Source: Vicinamibacteria bacterium
GTDB taxonomy: Bacteria; Acidobacteriota; Vicinamibacteria; Marinacidobacterales; Marinacidobacteraceae
Assembly (NCBI GenBank): GCA_965199715.1
Contig: OZ241322.1
Coordinates: 192,001 to 256,000 of the forward strand
Direction of reading: 5' to 3'
Length of the DNA: 64,000 bases
The position numbers and the translations under genes are program-made. Shown one piece after another: positions 58,573 to 64,000 of this stretch. Position 1 is the stretch's first letter, and every line of letters begins with the position of its first letter. The notes under the pieces were generated by a model. It saw only the letters and a program-made list of their open reading frames with translations, ran no database searches and had not been told where the DNA came from.

Positions 58573-59523
58573 TTATTCGGGATCGCTCGACGCGGGTGCG
58601 GCGTAGTAGCCCTTGCGGGTGCGCGCCGTCAGGTCGTCGCGTCCCGGAATCCGCACCTCGATGGAGCGCCAGCCGCCCTCCTCCCGGTCGCGCGACGGCA
58701 GGTAGGCGATCTGGTACTGGCGGTGGAGCTCGTGCTGGATCTGCCGGAAGTAGCGGGAGAGATCCTCGATCTCCTCCGGGTAGAACGAGCGCCCGCCGCT
58801 CTGGTCGGCGACCGAGTCGAGGAAGCCCCGGTTGAGCTTGCCGCCGCCGTCCGGGCTCCATCCGGTGTAGCCGACGGCGTAGATCGCGCCCTCGGAGAGC
58901 CGCGCTCCCTCGAGCGCCTGCTCCATCGTGCTCACGCTGCCCTCGGCGGCTTGGCCCGAGTCCTCGCCGTCGGAGACGAGGATGAGCGCCTTTCGGGTCT
59001 CGACCCGGCTGAGCTCCTGGAGCCCGGTGAGGATCGCGTCGTAGAGCGCCGTCTTGCCGAACGGGCGCATCGCCCGGATCATGGCCACCTGGTTCCAGAC
59101 CTCGGAGTCGTAGGGCGGGCCGAACCGCACGCCCTCGGCGAAGGTCGCGACCCGGCCCCGGTCGCCGGTCGCCATGTTGCGCAGGAAGATGTAGGCGGCG
59201 GTCTGGATCGCCGAAAGGCTCGAGCGCACCGAGGCCGAGGTGTCCAGCAGGAGCAGGCTGGTCACCGGCGTGAGCTCGGCGGTGAAGTAGCTGATCTCCT
59301 GCGGCGCGCCGTCCTCGAGAATCTCGAAGTCGGCGGCGTCGAGCCCGGTGACGAAGCGCCCGCGCTCGTCCTCGACCACGATGTCGAGCGTGACGCTCGG
59401 GACCCGCACGACGAAGCTGAAGCGATCGCCGATCCCGGTCTCGAACTCCCGGGGCGGGGGCTGCTGCGCGGCCCCGAGCGAAGCGAGCCCCGTGAGGACC
59501 GACGCGAGAACCAGGGGGCGCAC
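58573..59523 (-). CDS. Exported VWA domain protein (acidobacterial VWFA-related type)
   Basis: [10 protein letters not shown]...DF.ILEDG..QEI, DTSAS, TALYDAI, SDGED, SGGR, QYQIAY, RTRKGYY. Confidence 0.88.
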   Translation of the reverse strand: MRPLVLASVLTGLASLGAAQQPPPREFETGIGDRFSFVVRVPSVTLDIVVEDERGRFVTGLDAADFEILEDGAPQEISYFTAELTPVTSLLLLDTSASVRSSLSAIQTAAYIFLRNMATGDRGRVATFAEGVRFGPPYDSEVWNQVAMIRAMRPFGKTALYDAILTGLQELSRVETRKALILVSDGEDSGQAAEGSVSTMEQALEGARLSEGAIYAVGYTGWSPDGGGKLNRGFLDSVADQSGGRSFYPEEIEDLSRYFRQIQHELHRQYQIAYLPSRDREEGGWRSIEVRIPGRDDLTARTRKGYYAAPASSDPE

Positions 59524-59570
59524 GCCGCCAGTTTAGGGCGTACACTCCGAACGTCGCGGAGGTTCCGGTC

Positions 59571-60035
59571 ATGAACGTGCGCATCACTGTCAACGGCGAG
59601 GTTCGGGAGCGGGAGGTGGAGCCGCGCCTCCTGCTCTGCCATCTGCTGCGGGACGAGCTCGGTCTCACCGGGACCAACATCGGCTGCGACACGACCCAGT
59701 GCGGGTCATGCACCGTCCTCATGAACGGCGAGGCGGTGAAGTCGTGCACCGTGCTCGCGGCGCAGGCGGACGAGGCCGAGGTCACGACCATCGAGGGCCT
59801 CGCGCCCGAAGGCGGCCTCCACCCGGTCCAGCAGGCGTTTTGGGACCACCACGGCCTGCAGTGCGGCTTCTGCACGCCGGGGATGATCCTGACCGCGGTC
59901 GAAATCCTGAAGCGGAAGCCGAACGCTTCCGACGGCGAGATCCGCCACGGACTCGAAGGCAACATCTGCCGCTGCACCGGCTACGAGAACATCGTCAAGG
60001 CGATCGTGGCCGCGGGCGCCCGCAACGGGAGCTGA
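59571..60035 (+). CDS. coxS: 2Fe-2S subunit, form II CODH-like molybdoenzyme
   Basis: [27 protein letters not shown]. Confidence 0.88.
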   Translation: MNVRITVNGEVREREVEPRLLLCHLLRDELGLTGTNIGCDTTQCGSCTVLMNGEAVKSCTVLAAQADEAEVTTIEGLAPEGGLHPVQQAFWDHHGLQCGFCTPGMILTAVEILKRKPNASDGEIRHGLEGNICRCTGYENIVKAIVAAGARNGS

Positions 60036-60045
60036 GGGACAGGTC

Positions 60046-62385
60046 ATGGGTCGCTACATCGGCAAGTCGGTCAAGCGGGTCGAGGATCCGCGCTTCATCC
60101 AGGGGAAGGGCCGCTACGTGGCCAACCTCGAGCTTCCCGGCTGCGCGCACGTCGCGGTCAAGCGGAGTCCGTACGCCCACGCGAGGGTGCTCGGAATCGA
60201 CGCCTCGAAGGCGCTCGCCATGCCCGGCGTGATCCGGGTGTTCACCGGACGGGACTTCGCGGACGGCGGCTGCGGCGAGCTTCCCTGCGGCTGGGTGGTC
60301 CCGGACACGCAGGTTCCGCCGAGGCCCATCGTGGTCACCGACCGGGTCCGCCACGTCGGGGACTCGGTGGCCGTCGTGGTCGCCGAGGATCCATACGTCG
60401 CCGCCGACGCGCTCGAGGCCGTCGAGGTCGAGTACGAGGCGCTCCCTGCGACCGTGGACGCGCGGGCGACGACCGAGCCGGGCGCGCCGCGAGTCCACGA
60501 CGGGATCGAGGACAACGTCTCCTACCGCTGGGAGCTCGGCGACCGGGACGGCTGCGACGCCGCGCTCGACGGGGCCGACCACGTGATCGAGCTGGAGCTC
60601 GTGAACCAGCGGCTCGTTCCGACCGCGATGGAGCCGCGCGCCTGCGCTGCCCGCTGGGACGCGGCGTCGGAGGAGATGACGGTCTGGACGACGAGCCAGA
60701 ACCCGCATCCGATCCGTCTCCTGCTGTCGGCGTTCACGCTCGGGATCCCCGAGAGCCGGCTGCGGGTGATCTCGCCCGACGTGGGCGGGGGCTTCGGGAG
60801 CAAGATCTTCCACTACCCCGAAGAAGTCATCGTCCCGTGGGTCTCCCGCGAGATCGGGCGCCCGGCCAAGTGGGTCGCGACGCGCACCGAGAGCCAGATG
60901 ACGGACTCGCACGGGCGCGACCACGTGACTTCGGCGCGGCTCGCCATGACCGCCGAGGGCGACTTCACCGCGCTCAAGGTCCACACCTGGGCGAACCAGG
61001 GCGCGTACCTCTCGACCTTCGCGCCGCTCATCCCGACGGCGCTGTACATCACGCTGCTTTCCGGCAACTACCGGATCCCCGCCGTGTTCGGCTCGATGGA
61101 GGGAACTCTCACGAACACGACCCCGGTGGACGCCTACCGCGGGGCCGGGCGGCCCGAGGCCTCGTACCTCGTGGAGCGCCTCGTGGACATGGCGGCGGCC
61201 CGGATCGGAGTGGATCCGCTCGAGATCCGCCGTCGGAACGTGATCCCGAAGGACGCCTTCCCCTACCAGACGCCGGTCGCGTTCCAGTACGACAGCGGCG
61301 ATTACCAGCGCCTGCTGGACAAGGCGGTCGAGTCGGCGGACTACGCGCGGATGCGGCGCGACCAGGCCGAGGCGAGGTCCGAGGGCCGGATTCGGGGCGT
61401 CGGGCTCGCGCTTTGCATCGAGGCCAGCGGCCCGGCGCCGTCGGCCGTCGCCGGTTCGCTCGGGTCGGCCGTCGGGTTCTGGGAGAGCGGCGAGGTTCGG
61501 GTGCACCCGACCGGCCAGGTCTCGGTGTACACCGGTTCGCACGCCCACGGGCAGGGCCACGAGACCACGTTCGCGCAGGTCGTGGCCGACGAGCTCGGGA
61601 TTCCGCTCGACAGCGTCGAGGTCGTCCACGGCGACACCGGGCGGGTCAGCTTCGGCATGGGCACCTACGGCAGCCGCAGCGCCTGCGTCGGCGGCTCGGC
61701 GCTCGCGCGCAGCGCCCGGAAGGTGCGCGGCAAGGTGACGCGGATCGCCGCGCACCTGCTGGAGGCCGCCGAGGAGGACATGGAGTACGACCGGGAGACC
61801 GGCCGCATCCACGTCAAGGGGTCGCCCGAGCGCGGCAAGGACTTCGGCGAGCTCGCGTTCGCCGCCTACACCGCGCACAGCCTTCCCGAGGGCATGGAGC
61901 CGGGGCTCGATTTCACGAGCTTCTACGACCCGGCCAACTTCACCTTCCCGGCGAGCGCCCACATCTGCGAGGTGGAGGTCCGCCGCGAGACCGGCGAGGT
62001 CCGCATCCTCCGCTACGTGGCCGTGGACGACGTGGGCAAGGTCATCAACCCGATGATCGTCGAGGGCCAGATCCAGGGCGGGATCGTCCAGGGGATCGGG
62101 CAGGCGCTCACCGAGCACGGGGCCTACGACGCGGACGGGAACTTCGTCACCGGCAGCCTCATGGAGTACGCGGTCCCCCGCGCCGACGTTCTCCCGGGCA
62201 TCGAGGTGGACCGGATCGAGACCCCCTCGCCGCACAACCCCCTCGGCGTGAAGGGGGCCGGCGAGATGGGGACGATCGCCGGGACGGCGACCGTGGCGAA
62301 CGCGGTGGCCGACGCGCTCGGGGCGCGCGGACACATCGACATGCCCTTGACCCCCGAGAAGATCTGGCGCGCGCTCCAGTCCTGA
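60046..62385 (+). CDS. Form II CoxL-like molybdopterin-binding subunit
   Basis: AYRGAGR motif; GGGFGSK, HGQGHET, GVKGAGE; S-L-M gene order. Confidence 0.9.
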   Translation: MGRYIGKSVKRVEDPRFIQGKGRYVANLELPGCAHVAVKRSPYAHARVLGIDASKALAMPGVIRVFTGRDFADGGCGELPCGWVVPDTQVPPRPIVVTDRVRHVGDSVAVVVAEDPYVAADALEAVEVEYEALPATVDARATTEPGAPRVHDGIEDNVSYRWELGDRDGCDAALDGADHVIELELVNQRLVPTAMEPRACAARWDAASEEMTVWTTSQNPHPIRLLLSAFTLGIPESRLRVISPDVGGGFGSKIFHYPEEVIVPWVSREIGRPAKWVATRTESQMTDSHGRDHVTSARLAMTAEGDFTALKVHTWANQGAYLSTFAPLIPTALYITLLSGNYRIPAVFGSMEGTLTNTTPVDAYRGAGRPEASYLVERLVDMAAARIGVDPLEIRRRNVIPKDAFPYQTPVAFQYDSGDYQRLLDKAVESADYARMRRDQAEARSEGRIRGVGLALCIEASGPAPSAVAGSLGSAVGFWESGEVRVHPTGQVSVYTGSHAHGQGHETTFAQVVADELGIPLDSVEVVHGDTGRVSFGMGTYGSRSACVGGSALARSARKVRGKVTRIAAHLLEAAEEDMEYDRETGRIHVKGSPERGKDFGELAFAAYTAHSLPEGMEPGLDFTSFYDPANFTFPASAHICEVEVRRETGEVRILRYVAVDDVGKVINPMIVEGQIQGGIVQGIGQALTEHGAYDADGNFVTGSLMEYAVPRADVLPGIEVDRIETPSPHNPLGVKGAGEMGTIAGTATVANAVADALGARGHIDMPLTPEKIWRALQS

Positions 62386-62397
62386 GAGGAGACTCCC

Positions 62398-63258
62398 ATG
62401 TACCCAGCCCCATTCGAGTACCGCCGCGCCGGGACCGTCGCCGAGGCGGTGGAACTGCTGCGCTCGAACCCCGACGCGAAGCTGCTGGCCGGCGGGCACA
62501 GCCTCCTTCCCGCGATGAAGCTGCGGGTCGCCCAACCGGCGACGCTCGTGGATGTCGGGCGGATCGAAGGACTCTCCGGCATCCGGGAGGAAGGCGGCGC
62601 GTTCCGGATCGGGGCGCTGACCTGCCATCGCGACGTCGCGGACTCCGCCGCGCTGCAGGCCGCGTGCCCGATGCTCGCCGAGACCGCGGCCGCAATCGGC
62701 GACGTCCAGGTCCGCAACCGGGGCACGATCGGCGGCAGCCTCGCCCACGCGGACCCGAGCGCGGACTACCCGGCGGCGATGCTCGCGCTCGGCGCCCGGA
62801 TCACCACGTGCGGCCCCGACGGGAGGCGCACCCTCGACGCGGGCGACTTCTTCGTGGATCTCTTCACGACGGCGCTCGGCGAGCACGAGATCCTGACCGG
62901 GGTCGAGGTTCCGCGCGCCGCGGGAGGGGCCTACCTGAAGCATCGGCACCCGGCGTCCAGCTACGCGGTCGTCGGGATCGCGGCTCGGGTCGCGCTGGAT
63001 TCGGACGGCGATGTGGCCGAAGCCGCGATCGGCGTCACCGGGGCGACCGCGAAGCCGACGCTCGCCGCCTCGGCCGCCGCTTCGCTCGTCGGCGGCGCGC
63101 CCGACGAGGCGCGCGTAGCGGCGGCGGCCGCGCTCGTCCCGGAGGCTCTCGGCGAGCCGCTCGGGGACCACTACGCGTCCGGCGGGTTCCGGCTCCACCT
63201 CGCGGAGGTGCACGCCCGCGCCGCGCTGGGGATCGCTGCGGCCCGCGCCGCCGCTTGA
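62398..63258 (+). CDS. coxM: FAD subunit, form II CODH-like molybdoenzyme
   Basis: LAGGHSLLPAMKLR, VRNRGTIGGSLAHADP. Confidence 0.88.
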   Translation: MYPAPFEYRRAGTVAEAVELLRSNPDAKLLAGGHSLLPAMKLRVAQPATLVDVGRIEGLSGIREEGGAFRIGALTCHRDVADSAALQAACPMLAETAAAIGDVQVRNRGTIGGSLAHADPSADYPAAMLALGARITTCGPDGRRTLDAGDFFVDLFTTALGEHEILTGVEVPRAAGGAYLKHRHPASSYAVVGIAARVALDSDGDVAEAAIGVTGATAKPTLAASAAASLVGGAPDEARVAAAAALVPEALGEPLGDHYASGGFRLHLAEVHARAALGIAAARAAA

Positions 63259-64000
63259 GCGCCCGCTTCGGGTCGGTCGAGGAGCTCCGCGAGGCGCTCG
63301 CCCGCCGCCGCTACGTCGCCGGCGTCGAGCTCGCCACTGCGCTGTTCCTGAGCCTACGGTTGGGGCGGCCGCTCTTCCTCGAAGGCGAGGCCGGGGTAGG
63401 GAAGACCGAGCTCGCCAAGGTGACGGCGGAGGTTCTGGGCGCGCCGCTGATCCGGCTCCAGTGCTACGAGGGGCTCGACGTGGCGCAGGCGGCCTACGAG
63501 TGGAACTACACCCGGCAGCTCGTGGGCATCCGCCTGGCCGAGAGCCGGAACGAGGCGGCGCGCGAAGCGGACCTCTTCTCCCGCGAATTCCTGCTCCGGC
63601 GGCCGCTGCTCGAGGCGCTCGAGGGCGAGCCGGGCCGGCCTCCGGTGCTCCTCATCGACGAGGTGGACCGCAGCGACGAGGAGTTCGAGGCGTACCTGCT
63701 GGAAGTGCTCTCGGACTTCCAGATCACGATTCCGGAGATCGGGACGATCCGCGCCGCCGAGCCTCCGGTCGTGGTGCTCACCTCGAATCGCACCCGCGAG
63801 GTGCACGACGCGCTCAAGCGCCGCTGCTTGTACCAGTGGATCCCGTATCCGGACTACGAGCGCGAGCTGGCGATCGTGCGCGAGCGGGTGCCCGAGGCGG
63901 CGGAGACGCTCGCGGCGAGCGCGACCCGATTCGCCCAGGAGCTTCGGGCGCTCGAACTCTTCAAGCGGCCCGGCGTGGCCGAGACGCTCGACTGGATCAC
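63255..64000 (+). CDS. coxD: MoxR/CoxD family AAA+ ATPase (3' partial)
   Basis: TTG coupled to the coxM stop; LEGEAGVGKT, RLQCYEGLD, LLIDEVDR, TSNRTREVHDALKRRC. Confidence 0.88.
   Translation, partial: MSARFGSVEELREALARRRYVAGVELATALFLSLRLGRPLFLEGEAGVGKTELAKVTAEVLGAPLIRLQCYEGLDVAQAAYEWNYTRQLVGIRLAESRNEAAREADLFSREFLLRRPLLEALEGEPGRPPVLLIDEVDRSDEEFEAYLLEVLSDFQITIPEIGTIRAAEPPVVVLTSNRTREVHDALKRRCLYQWIPYPDYERELAIVRERVPEAAETLAASATRFAQELRALELFKRPGVAETLDWI

Noticed and set aside
50071-62520. Near-identical DNA stretches at the 5' ends of the two coxM genes and in the two coxS genes
   Set aside because: Explained by paralogy and conserved cofactor motifs under strong codon bias.
273-63213. Many very long alternative-frame or antisense ORFs in the track (e.g. 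273-3374, 8249-10561, 25958-28846, 38874-41939, 59995-63213)
   Set aside because: Arg/Gly/Pro/Ala-rich shadow ORFs expected at this GC content. They have no motifs and overlap well-supported genes.
1-64000. CRISPR arrays, tRNA/rRNA genes, IS elements
   Set aside because: I found no regularly spaced repeats, cloverleaf or rRNA signatures, transposase motifs or terminal inverted repeats by eye.

Overview
This is a very GC-rich (about 70% by eye), gene-dense bacterial chromosome segment. The VWA-type exported proteins, DUF4097/DUF2911 proteins and many exported peptidases suggest Acidobacteriota, possibly marine or host-associated (inference). It carries housekeeping genes (murJ, xerD, tsaC, lon, PBP1A, lemA/TPM, a FabB/F-like synthase), a multi-subunit Mrp Na+/H+ antiporter operon, and many exported peptidases and amidases. 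There are two Mo-dependent CO-dehydrogenase-family clusters: form I coxMSL with the AYRCSFR motif and form II coxSLM with AYRGAGR. Several accessory loci are decayed: a Dam-like MTase with a SacI-like REase, an RND efflux operon, a TPR protein and a NADAR. The most unusual signal is at 8570-9316 (-): a complete ribosomal protein bS20 fused in frame, via an 18-residue signal-peptide-like segment ending in A-L-A, to a DUF2911-like exported domain. A TANNNT -10 box recurs 6-9 nt upstream of many start codons, suggesting widespread leaderless transcripts. I saw no rRNA, tRNA, CRISPR array or intact mobile element. All family assignments come from motif recognition by eye, not from database searches.
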